NCBI GenBank assembly: GCA_051942245.1 | Contig: JAVECL010000025.1 | Coordinates: forward strand, 62,001 to 93,388 | Source of the DNA: Trypethelium eluteriae | Lineage: Eukaryota | DNA length: 31,388 nucleotides | Reading direction: 5' to 3' | In this document: piece after piece, positions 10,345 to 21,985 of the stretch | Layout of the letters: every line of letters starts with the position of its first letter | Numbering within the stretch: the stretch's first letter is position 1 | The notes under the pieces: generated by a model | Seen by the model: only the letters and a program-made list of their open reading frames with translations | Told to the model about the DNA's origin: nothing | The model's database searches: none | Position numbers and translations under genes: made by a program

Positions 10345-12108
10345 ATGGCTCCGCTAGAGTTGCCGGGCTATTATTTCGATCCAGAGCTCCAACGCCATTT
10401 CAAAATCATGCCCGATCATCTCGTAAACCCCGAGCATCCATATAATGCAACCAACGTCGCGAAGAGGCAAAAAGAACAGGAGAAGCGTGATCGTCATGAC
10501 CAACTCATCCGTACGATACGATCCGAAACAGCTCCCCGGTCCAAGATTCTTGGTTGCACTATTTCCATTGGCTTGCACCGAGAACATGGACACACTCTTC
10601 GCAACCCCCTTCTGGCGGACGCTGCGGCCCAGACATATGCCACAGGCATACAGAGATCCTACAATAGGGACATCACTTATCGAGACACGTCGGGTTTTAG
10701 CCGACACTCAAAGCCGAAGTTCAGCACCAAGACCTCTCTTTTCGTTCACGATCCGCTAACAGACGTCTGGATCATGGGCGGGAGTACGGGTGTTAACTCG
10801 GCTAAGACCTCAGTAGTGGCTTCGCCTTGGGCCCAACAACATTGGCAGGACTGTTCGACATCTGCGGCGGGCATAAAACTGATACACGAGGACCTTATGC
10901 GATTCAACGCCGGGCTTTCTTCACTCGGTTTGACCCCCTCTCGAGTCCAACTGGCAACCACGTATGGCGCCGCAGAACCCGCCAAGCTTCATATAACGCG
11001 GCTCCCAGACCCAAGCGATTTTACCTATGGAGATGCTTATTCGCTATGGGGTGGCCTTGACACATTTTACTCTTTACCTGACGATCAGACGATGTGCACG
11101 ATATGGAGTTCGGCGGCAAATCCTTTCACCAGCATGGGTGCCTCGGTTGGAAACGCAGACCAGATAGCCGTAGGTTCTTCGAAGGGCGTATCGCTCATCG
11201 ATCTGGAATCCGGAAGGTGGACAAGATACCGCGACCCCGAAGAATTAGGTCGACACAAACCGCAAGATGAGATCTGGGCCCTGTCTTGGATGAGTCCATT
11301 TGTGCTTGCCGGCGGAGGGAAAACGGGCAAAGTCCTTCTCTGGGATATACGGACAGGCAAGACTGACTTCAGTTTCATGCATGATCACTCTGTTTCAAAC
11401 ATAGAATGTCTGCCTGAGAAGGGTCCCGTTATGGTGGTCACAGGAACAGTCAATTCTCTCAATCTATATGATCTCCGCTTCGGAAGACAAAGGAAGTCTG
11501 AGAAACCCTTAGAGCAGCAACACTCACAAGATCCATATGGCGTAACGCCACCAGAATGTCGCCAGCAGTCATCGAATTTCTACCGTGGAAGAAAGCAAGG
11601 CCCTCATGGCTCCAGACAGCATCAATATCGTCCTAATCCCACCCAACAGTATCGCTCGAAGCGACGACAGCGCTTGCATACCCCAAATTGCCCTCCGAAA
11701 CTAGATCACTATCTACAACCACTTCTTACGTTTGACTATGAGAATGTCGTCCACAAACCTGGAATGGATGTCTGTTCGGATGTCCTTGCGATCAGCGACG
11801 GAGATGGTTACATTCGTCTTTATTCTCTTGTGACGGGAGCACTACTGAGGACCATAATGCCTCAATACCCGAATGAGAGGGCTGAGCGGTCGAGCGATGC
11901 GGTAGCCATCAATTGCATTCGCTTTGTTGATGAACCGGGATACCCCTTATACGGCCCTCCACCTGACGAAACGGACGCTTCCTACAAACACTATAGCAAG
12001 ATATGGAGAAGGCGAAATCTGAACGCTGGGCGGACTGCTCTGGCTGCTGGCGTGGCGGGGGAGATAGTGTTATATGCATGGGAGAATGAAAACGATGATG
12101 AGGCATGA
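10345..12108 (+). CDS. WD40-repeat protein, DCAF4/WDR21-like (putative DDB1-CUL4 substrate receptor)
   Basis: Intronless 587-aa ORF. N-terminal ELPGYYFDPELQRHFKI resembles the DCAF4/Wdr21 N-terminal motif. WDxR-type motifs VLLWDIR and LNLYDLR; DGYIRLYSL. Confidence 0.75.
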   Translation: MAPLELPGYYFDPELQRHFKIMPDHLVNPEHPYNATNVAKRQKEQEKRDRHDQLIRTIRSETAPRSKILGCTISIGLHREHGHTLRNPLLADAAAQTYATGIQRSYNRDITYRDTSGFSRHSKPKFSTKTSLFVHDPLTDVWIMGGSTGVNSAKTSVVASPWAQQHWQDCSTSAAGIKLIHEDLMRFNAGLSSLGLTPSRVQLATTYGAAEPAKLHITRLPDPSDFTYGDAYSLWGGLDTFYSLPDDQTMCTIWSSAANPFTSMGASVGNADQIAVGSSKGVSLIDLESGRWTRYRDPEELGRHKPQDEIWALSWMSPFVLAGGGKTGKVLLWDIRTGKTDFSFMHDHSVSNIECLPEKGPVMVVTGTVNSLNLYDLRFGRQRKSEKPLEQQHSQDPYGVTPPECRQQSSNFYRGRKQGPHGSRQHQYRPNPTQQYRSKRRQRLHTPNCPPKLDHYLQPLLTFDYENVVHKPGMDVCSDVLAISDGDGYIRLYSLVTGALLRTIMPQYPNERAERSSDAVAINCIRFVDEPGYPLYGPPPDETDASYKHYSKIWRRRNLNAGRTALAAGVAGEIVLYAWENENDDEA

Positions 12109-12526
12109 TCTCATGATAGAGTCACGCCACTACAAGGAGTTACTACGAATTTGCTTCGAATGATACCCCATAGATTTAACCGACCCTTGGAAAGAGGTCG
12201 ACAAAATGTATAGTTACTGTAGGTATATCTTTCGGTCTGCAAGCTTCTGAAATCGGGAGTCAAGCTCTATCAATCCGCAAGCGATGCAGATTATCTTAAT
12301 CACATGAATGCTTGAAATGCTGCGTTGATGCTACCCAAGCTGAGTTCAGTACAACATCAGCCTAACGCTGGCAATTTCCGAACCTAAGATCCGAACGAAA
12401 GTGCAGGTCTATCCCGTCCTCTTCCATGCGACACAAATTCTGCGCCAAAACTCCCAGTTGCGCCTCATCCTCCAGCGAACCGTCTCCTACTCAGATTCCA
12501 CACTCTTGTCTATCCTCACCAGATCC

Positions 12527-14962
12527 TCATAGTCTCATCCTTCCGCCTGGCCCGTCTTCCCCGTCACCAAACAACTCCCCCGCCTCCCTACAATACCTCG
12601 CCTCTCCTCCACCACCGATCTGCGTCTCACTCCCCCAACACACCACCGCCGCATCCAACACACCTCCCAGCACCCCTTCCGTCGCACCTAGCACGCCCCA
12701 CCCAATCGCCGCCGCAATCAGTCCCACCACATACGCATACAAGCTACCCTTAATCGTCGTCCCACCCGTCGGCGACTGCAGCGCCAAGAAGCGCGCCGTG
12801 CTGACCCAGCCGCCGAAGCCGAGCGCCAGCGCCGTGATAAAGCGCGTCGCATGGAGGAGCAACTTCGCGAGACGGTACGGGAGGAGGGCGCTACCCGGGC
12901 CGCCAGCTCCAGGGCGGAGAGCGTGCGGGGAGAGGGTGGTGGTGGGCGAGGTCTTGGAGACGAAGGAGAGCTGGCTGAGGGAGCGGGAGGCGTGGGCGAG
13001 GGACTGCGAGTGGATGGCGGCGTGGGTGAGGGTCAGCGGGTTGGTGAGGGTGGCGAGCGAGGAGGGGATGAAGTTGTAGGTGCAGAGGGTGAGCATGCCG
13101 GCGAGGCGGCGGGGGAGGAGCAGCAGCGGGAGGCGGATGGCGAGGGAAAGGAGGGTCGAGAGGCAGATGGTGCCGAAGAGGGGACCGGTGGCGTGGGCGA
13201 AGGAGGCGGTGACGACGGCGCGGGAGGAGGGAGCGGGTACGGTGAGCCGGTGGAAGTACCATTGGGAGACGGTGGCGGCGGTGGTGGCGCGTTGGATGCC
13301 GGAGGCGATGGCGAGGGTCCAGAGGTAGATGAGGCAGAAGAAGGCGCCGAGCCACCAGGTGCTGAGGTCGAGAACGAAGAGGTTCTTGCTGCCGGTGGAG
13401 GCAAGATGGCCGCCGAGGAAGACTCGCGTGAACATGGCCATCCAGACCCATGTCCAGATGACAACGAAAGCCAGAGTGCCGAAGCCAAAGAGAACGAGCA
13501 CTGGGCTGGCAGCAAGGATACGGCAGGCGAATTCTAAGGTTTCTATAGCGCGACTGAGGGAGTGCCTGGATCGATAGACTGTAAACGTCCAGAAGACGGC
13601 AAAGATGGTGGGGAGAAAGGATAACCAGCGCATAATTCTGTCCTGAAGGCTTGCTCCGTTCCATGTTCCTTTGAAGCTTGAGGCCAAAGGATATATGCTA
13701 AATGACACCAGCACTACCGGGACAGCCACCAGGATAAGCAGGACAAGAGGCCGGACAAATGATCGTAGAATTGACAGCCATAGTAGAGCCACAATGACTG
13801 CTACCAAAGTATCTACAGCTAGTAGATGGAAGGAGGCATGCAATGTCGTATATATCGTGTCACCCAATGGTCGACGTTTTGTTGGCGCCGAGGTGTGCAG
13901 GTAAACGAGGATGAAGCTTGCACACATAGAAGCCAGCGATATCCAGTATAACGTCGCCCAGAACTGATCATGACGAGGAGGTTCTGGGTTGCCCGCTGTC
14001 ACCGTTGCTGGTACACTCTCTCGGTCTGGACTTGGTGGTCTCGGATTTGCTATCGCTGCCTCTTCATCGGTCTCGACTGGCATCAAATTTTGCAGATAGC
14101 GTGAAGTCTTCGTTCCAGGCGGACTCCTAAACTGTTGGAAAGGAGGAGGTCGGTCATCATAATCTGGGTCAATATCAGGGGATGCTTCTTTTCTTTCCAC
14201 GTTGTCTATGCTTTCTCGCATGGTCGATGCAAGGTCCACATCGATCAATTTGCCCTTGCCTTGACTGCTAGGACCACTTGCTTCTGACTCATTTGATGTG
14301 GACTCTCTCTCTGGTATTGTCTCTGCTCTGCGAGGCCTATCAAAACGTGTTGAAGCGCTGCCTCTCCAGGAGCTACGTATCCCTCTCCCTCGGCCAAAAT
14401 CCTGTGTTGCAACACCACCTGCGTCGCCGCCGCCGTCATCCTCCTCCTCGGACGCACGGCTCCCAGCATCATCTCCAGATGTTGATTCAGTGAGATTGCT
14501 CGCCCCAATCTGCCGTCTCGACCGCTGCATGGCATAAAAGTCAGCTACCTCCCTCTCATGTTCCTCAACATCATCCTCTTCCCTAAACTCGTCTGTTGCG
14601 CTATAAAACAGTGGCGCCTGTTGTGCCGAGCCCCTTGTTGCGAAGGGAAATCTCGATAATTGAGAGGCCGATGGTTTGTACGGGTTGCCCATGGTTGGTT
14701 TGGGTAAGAAAGATCTGGAAGGCTGGAAGCGAGCTGAGCTGTGTAGACCGCGTCTTCTGTCCGGATGTTGTCGTCCATGTGTGCTTTGATCCGGCTGACC
14801 GAGAGATAACCGTGACTGCGACTGCGCGAGGAAACGTGAGGCATCTGTTGGAGGGAGCAGGTACAGTAATTAGTCACGCGGACATTGCAGATAGCTTCCG
14901 AGATAGACGCGAGCGAGAGTCAAGGATAAAGATACAGGCAGGTACTTACACTCAGAGAACAT
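12527..14962 (-). CDS. Choline transporter-like (CTL/PNS1/SLC44) family multipass membrane protein
   Basis: 13-nt exon 1 14962-14950 (gccaccATG TTC TCT GAG T), intron 14949-14845 (GTAAGT...GACTAAT...CAG), exon 2 14844-12527 in frame with the 721-aa ORF, giving MFSEYASRFLAQSQSRLS. Acidic disordered N-terminus, many TM segments, motifs RATTAATVSQWYF and FGTICLSTL. Confidence 0.85.
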
Positions 14963-15420
14963 GGTGGCCACTGAAGGGCCGCAAGCTTTGGTTCGATCAG
15001 GCTGTGGAGAGGCGTTTTTCTGACCTTTCCGCGGAAGTTGTTGCTTGGCAATATACCTGGTAGCAACGAAGTGTCGAGCTGCGAGAGTGAGTCGGGTGCG
15101 GAGCGAGTGTGACAAAGACGGCAACTGGGCACACGTCACCGGTTCATACGCCTAGCTCAGACTCACTGCCTTATGGCTGAGGGATACGGGATACCAGCCA
15201 GAGGGGAGATGGACGTTCAGTGTACTCGGTAGGGCCCAGGAAAGTGGCGGTGGATGGGTTCGAAGCCTGGGTTCGGGCCGCTGCATGACAAGATGCGGTC
15301 ATCGCCAACCATGCCAAACCCCAGGGACAACTTCTTGTTTGATGTACCACGCACGCCACGCCCACCTTGAACATCCACCTCAAACCCTCATTTCGTTCGT
15401 TTTGCGCTGTCAGTGCGATC

Positions 15421-16329
15421 ATGTCCCAGCCATGGGATTACATAGCTAAGATCGTCTCATTGGGCGATTCAGGTTCGGGAAAAAGCAGTGTACGATACGG
15501 ATAACCTTCCACTTCACATGCCATCCTTATGACCAAACTTACAATGCTCTAGCTTACGATTCGTCTTTGCGAAGGCCGCTTCACTCCTCACCACGATGTA
15601 ACAATCGGCGTCGAATTCGGCTCCCGTATCGTTCCTGTCGGTCCTCCTGCCTCCAAGTCCCTTCACATCAACGACCCATCTTCCACCTCCCGCTCTAAGG
15701 CCTCCAAACCTCACAACGCCTCTCCAAACGGCGACTCACAACAACAATCAGAGCTGCCCCAAAAACACATGAAACTTTCCCTCTGGGATACCGCCGGGCA
15801 AGAAACTTACAAGTCCATCACACGTAGTTATTTCCGCGGCGCGTCAGGCGCCCTCCTCGTCTTCGACATCACCCGCCACTCCACCTTCTCCAGCGTCACC
15901 TCCTGGCTACACGACCTGCGCCAGATCGCCGAGGAAGGCATCGTGGTCGTACTGGTAGGAAACAAGCTCGATCTCGCCACGTCGTCCACCGTCACTTCTC
16001 ATACAAGCACCAACGGCGCATCATCGCTTGAGAGGCCGAACCAGCGGCAGGTTACGCGCGAGGAAGCCGAAGAGTGGTGTCGCGCCAACGGGGTGTTGCA
16101 ATATGTTGAAACGAGCGCGAAGAGTGGGGAGGGAGTCGAGAGGGCGTTTCTAGAGGTAGCGGAGAGGATCTACCAAAATATCGAGGCGGGAAAGTATGAC
16201 TTGAATGATCGAAGGAGCGGAGTCAAGGGACCGAACGCGGGGAGTGGGAGTGCGAACAACGCGTCGCGGACTATCAATCTGGGCTTGAAAGATGGGACGG
16301 AAAAAGGGAGTAGAGGTGGGTGTTGTTGA
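15421..16329 (+). CDS. Rab-family small GTPase (Rab2-like, with loop insertions)
   Basis: Exon 1 15421-15489 (MSQPWDYIAKIVSLGDSGSGKSS), intron 15490-15552, exon 2 15553-16329. Motifs TIGVEFG, WDTAGQE, ITRSYFRGA, GNKLD, ETSAK; C-terminal GGCC prenylation signal. Confidence 0.95.
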
Positions 16330-17042
16330 GGTGGAAGCATGGATGGTGGAAGATGCGCACCGCGACTGCAATAACCATGGCGTGGGTAAAGCATGTCGTG
16401 GACTGAAATAATGTCCGTAAATATCCGGGTGCGAGGCATTCGACAAGATACCCGAGACGAAAACTGACGCAGGATCCAATGCCTTCTGATAGATGGCATC
16501 AAGCTTGACCTCCTAAACTCAATTCTGCTGGGAGGTAGCAGCTGCTGGGCTAGAATCAGTCGGAACAGCACTACGCCAAGAGGCCTTGTGTAGATGCAAA
16601 TGCGAAAGCTGTTGAAGATACGCAAAAGAGTATAGTGGGAGACGGTTCCGAAGCGATGACATTGTATTGTGTTGTGGACGTATTGTATCCATTTGTAAGG
16701 ATGAACGGCTGTACAGCGTATTTGGCTGCAGAGGCCATGCACCTGTAATAGTAGCAGATACAACTTACCCTTTCTTTCCCTTCCATGTTATCCAATGCTC
16801 AGTACCATGATGTCAACTTGATGTCGCTTGAGGGGCCGCATGCAAGCAATGCAGGGGAAATGGCTCTATTTGTATACAATTGATTGCGTGGTAAATACAA
16901 GGATTCCTGACCCACGTATCTCCGTCCACTCTCGAAGCATGATGATTTCTCCGGGCAGTGTGGGCTTAAAAGTTACAGCAGCTCTCTTGTCGTCGATATG
17001 GCGTGCGATTGTTCAGAGGGTTCTTCCTTAGAATACCGAATA

Positions 17043-17811
17043 CTACTTGCTCTGCACCATGCCCTTCCCCTTGTAGCCTTCTGAAGAGACACCCGTGATT
17101 GGCTCGGTATTTTGCGACTATAGAAAACTTGTTAGCACCTTACCGCTCTTGGTGCATAGTATTCTCCTTAAAGGAATTTGGCTTTTTACCTTTAGATATT
17201 CGTTGGTCTGTTCCTGGTACTCCTTGGTCATTGTTTTAGGTGGGGGTCGTGCGAAATGACGGGTGAGCGCAAAGACTCCAGTAGCTACAGCAAGCAAGAC
17301 GAGTGTGTAAGAGAAGACCTTCCAGTTCTCGCCAGGTGGTGTGCCTGCACGAGGACCATGGGGACCAAAGGCGATCCAGTATGCTATTTGAAATGTGATG
17401 GTCAGCTCGGAACCTGAACCTCAAATATCGAATGAGATTTCTGAAAAAAAATTTGTCTATCTTCAGACTTCCTTCCCGCAAGCTGCTCAGAATTCCATGG
17501 CAAATTAGGGAGGGAAAATTGGCCATACCAGCTTTCTTCTCCTGTAAAGTCATCTCATGCCAGTCCACCTTCATCCTATCTCGTAGTTGCATCCATAGAT
17601 CGGCTTGCTCTTGAGGCGGCATCTCTTCCCATCTCTTCTCAATGTTTGCTAGCGTTGGGTTGGAGATGGCGTGGGCTTGTCGAGAGGGTTGCTGAGGGAA
17701 ACATGCTAGAGGCCGGGAAACTTGAGCTATCCGAGAAGCTCTACAGAGGGAAGATGACGAGAAGGCTGTGGACACCGTGTTGGACGCTCGGAGAGTGCTC
17801 GAGCGAAGCAT
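17043..17811 (-). CDS. COX5: Cytochrome c oxidase subunit 5 (fungal COX5, orthologue of mammalian COX4)
   Basis: Exons 17811-17529, 17383-17190, 17117-17043. Presequence followed by HAISNPTLANIEKRWEEMP...LQEKKAAYWIAFGPHGPR...TMTKEYQEQTNEYLK|SQNTEPITGVSSEGYKGKGMVQSK. Confidence 0.95.
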
Positions 17812-18560
17812 CCTGTTGACTGTGTTGTGTATTATCACTTCCGATGGATTTTTGTCTAGCACTGACGACTGCTGCCGCGCAATGGGGTCAGCAATGCTAG
17901 TTTTGATGATGGTACGTAGGAAGGCTGTCGTTTTCTCCTGGACGCAGCGCGCATAGCGAGCCGGGATCGACCACTTTCCACGACTTATCCGGCGAATCGT
18001 TGGCAATACTTAGTTCTCATCAAAATCCACGCTCAACCGTCCCTCACAATTTCCAGCTTTCCACTGAGGCTCACTGGGCCTCTCCAAACATATGAATTGT
18101 GCGAGCACAGATCTTCCACTACTTCAAACTTGACAAGACCTACTCACGATCAGGAACTCATGTTAGGCTAAAATCTTACAAATACCAGGGGCGTGCATGA
18201 CCGTCAGCTTAAGGCAAACGCTAACCAGTCCTTCTGAATTGATTACCTTCTTTCCAGAGCGATTTTCCATGCGGGAAATAACACGACCCTTGGACATGAA
18301 ATGCCACGCATTCTTCTACCATCACGGAAGGCTTGGGGTGAGATTGAAATCATTCCCTGTAAATTCAGCAAGATCGTCTTCTAGCAGGATTCGGAGCAAT
18401 CAAATTTCAGAGCAAAGGACGATAAATAATTTGATTAACAACTTGCTCGAAAGAGAGCGCATTAGCGCAGCTGAGTTGACGAGTATCAGTCTCACATGAC
18501 CGTATTAGACACGACAGACAGAGTTCTATTCTCAAAGTTCCATTTTGCTATTATTTTGTA

Positions 18561-18583
18561 AGAGCTTGCTAGAGCTTGCTAGA
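18561..18583. repeat. 10-bp tandem duplication (AGAGCTTGCT x2.3)
   Basis: agagcttgct agagcttgct aga read directly in the COX5/GAPDH intergenic region. Confidence 0.8.
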
Positions 18584-19395
18584 ATCGCTGACGCTGCTTT
18601 TAGCACAACCCTCAAAGTTGTCTGAAGGCACGCATGCAGAAGGCATGAGAATAGAGTAAATGTAGTTCAGCGAACAGCAAGATGGGAGGCCCGAGGATAT
18701 TTTTTCCGGGGCCCGTATCCATTACCAAAGAGTCTGAAAAAGAAAAACCGTTCTATCGTGGTGCGTACTTGCAGTACCCCATTAAGGTCGTGAGAGTATC
18801 AGGAAATTGACTTGTCCTACGTCCCTTCATTGATACAACGAACTTGAGTACTCAGATCCTCAGTTACCTCGTCCATATGCCGTTCTCGCGCCTTCAACTT
18901 GAGAACCCGAAGATTTCTCGTGCAGAAACTCCGAAGCCGGGCATGGCCGTGTTGCGAAGCCGGTTATTCGGATGAAAAGGGCTTTGATCGAAATCATCTG
19001 ATCACGCAGGACGGCCAGGCAGTGCCCTATAACTTAGAGTGAGTCATGTTCGCGTAGCCAAGCGTAGAGGTGTGAGGTGAGCTGATGAGAAATATGTAAT
19101 AACGGACTCACCGCACTCACAAGCATAATGTACGATAGCGGGAGCGGAACTGCTCTCGGCGCCCGCAACAGTGATGCATTGGGAATGGTGTCCGTGAAGG
19201 AGTTGACGTAAGTTGCCTTAAGGCCTAGAAATACTTCGGAAGGCCCCGCCAAACATCCCACCGTAAGAGCAAGACACCAGCTCATCATTTCTGTTCCCCC
19301 AACAATCCTTTCCCATAGCCGCCCTCGCTAACCTTCCGGATTTACACTTGCCACTTGTTCAAAGGTCCATCAACCATTTCTCTGTCTCTTCGAGG

Positions 19396-19477
19396 GTCAG
19401 TCAATCTCCAGTTCTCACCCCACTTTCAAAATCTCGAGTTCACTTGTGCCTTAATATCTCACTGACGCTCATACCAG
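19396..19477 (+). other. Putative 5'-UTR intron of GAPDH
   Basis: GTCAGT donor at 19396, ACTGAC branch site at 19461, CAG acceptor ending at 19477, 5 nt before the ATG. Confidence 0.65.
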
Positions 19478-19482
19478 TCACG

Positions 19483-20749
<1,267 letters not shown>

Positions 20750-21222
20750 ATATCAACTCATAACGATCACGACTATGGGCGGCCGATGGAAAATAGAGTA
20801 GTAAAACTTTGAGGAAGGCAGGATACGGCAATAGCAAGGGACTTTTTCTCTCTGTCGATGCTTAGCTACCTTATCACCTATTTACAGGGCTTCGATAGAA
20901 AATCCGAGTCTTATTATACTAAGGAAGGTAGAACCCTTCTGGTTTCTTTTTCCTTGGCTTCATTTAATGATAAATATACTTGACTGTGGAAATATTCTGG
21001 ACATGAGAAAAGTTACTGATGAAAGGCAATCTCACCACCTCGTTCCCGTACAACTCATTATATCTTCTGTATCACGAATTCCATGATATACACAAGCTCC
21101 GATTTGTGTTACGGTAATAAATTTTAAAATGCGCAAACGCTCTATAACCAGTTCGTCTATTCAGACATATCAGGATACTAAGCGTTCATTCACTTAATTG
21201 GAATAAGACAATACCAAATTAA

Positions 21223-21293
21223 AAGCCCTCCAGGTAAGGTTAAGATACCTAGTACTTCACTTTTGCTACAGCATACCTTACCTAAAAGGGCTT
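21223..21293. repeat. Imperfect inverted repeat (potential hairpin)
   Basis: AAGCCCT-cc-AGGTAAGGT (21223-21240) pairs with ACCTTACCT-aaa-AGGGCTT (21275-21293); 34-nt spacer. Confidence 0.6.
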
Positions 21294-21985
21294 AGTTTCG
21301 CTGATATAACGCGTACCCGGGTGAAGAGACCGATCGAAGCCATCCAGGTACTCAGTTCTTTCCAGCACCACAAATATACGTCGGCCATCACTGAGCAATC
21401 TCTACGACCTCATTGGGCAACTTGAACCTTTTGATCAGCACTTTTGAGACACAGATACGTACTCAAGATACACCTTAGCTTCTACTCAAGCCGCATTCAA
21501 CAATTAAATCCAACAACGGAGAAACAAGTACAGGGTCCGTCTCTAGCATCTAATTACCTGGTGTCTCCAGTTCGATATATTTTCGCATACGCCTGTTCAT
21601 CCAAGTCCTGTCTCATTAAACCACTCTTGCAAGGACGTGTTTACCAGTTCCGCGTCACCACCAACAGCATGATTGTTGTACCACTGCTCTGTGCTCGACT
21701 CCGACTCCTACTGCAAAGGTAGGAGAGGTAGCTCGATTCCCACTCGACATGTCTGTCGCATGTGATCATGTCCAAGAAACGTACTCTCATGTGATAGATC
21801 TGAAAGAGTGAAAGGCCCCAATGGTTTTCTGTCAGTAGTGTCAATGTCCCTTCGCGTCATGATTTTGTTTGAATTTCTTTGGTTTCACGCGCAGTTATCT
21901 TCAGGTTACAGTAAATGCGCTAACTTTTACTAGCCATTATCAAGCCAGTGAATTCGTACCGGTAGCCAGCCTCTGAGGATGTCCC

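Noticed and set aside
12426..13664. Long overlapping ORFs (217, 228, 257 and 160 aa) in other frames of the CTL-like gene
   Set aside because: Low-complexity shadow frames caused by GC-rich, C-ending codon bias; no domain motifs.
15200..15290. tRNA gene around GGTTCGAAGCC
   Set aside because: The T-stem pairs poorly and no acceptor stem or anticodon arm can be built.
3187..17811. Functional mitochondrial cluster (RCF2, FMP40, COX5)
   Set aside because: The genes are separated by unrelated loci, and mitochondrial genes are common enough for this to be chance.
17812..18006. N-terminal extension of COX5 in the ORF track
   Set aside because: It starts at a non-ATG codon, while ATG 17811 begins a typical mitochondrial presequence.
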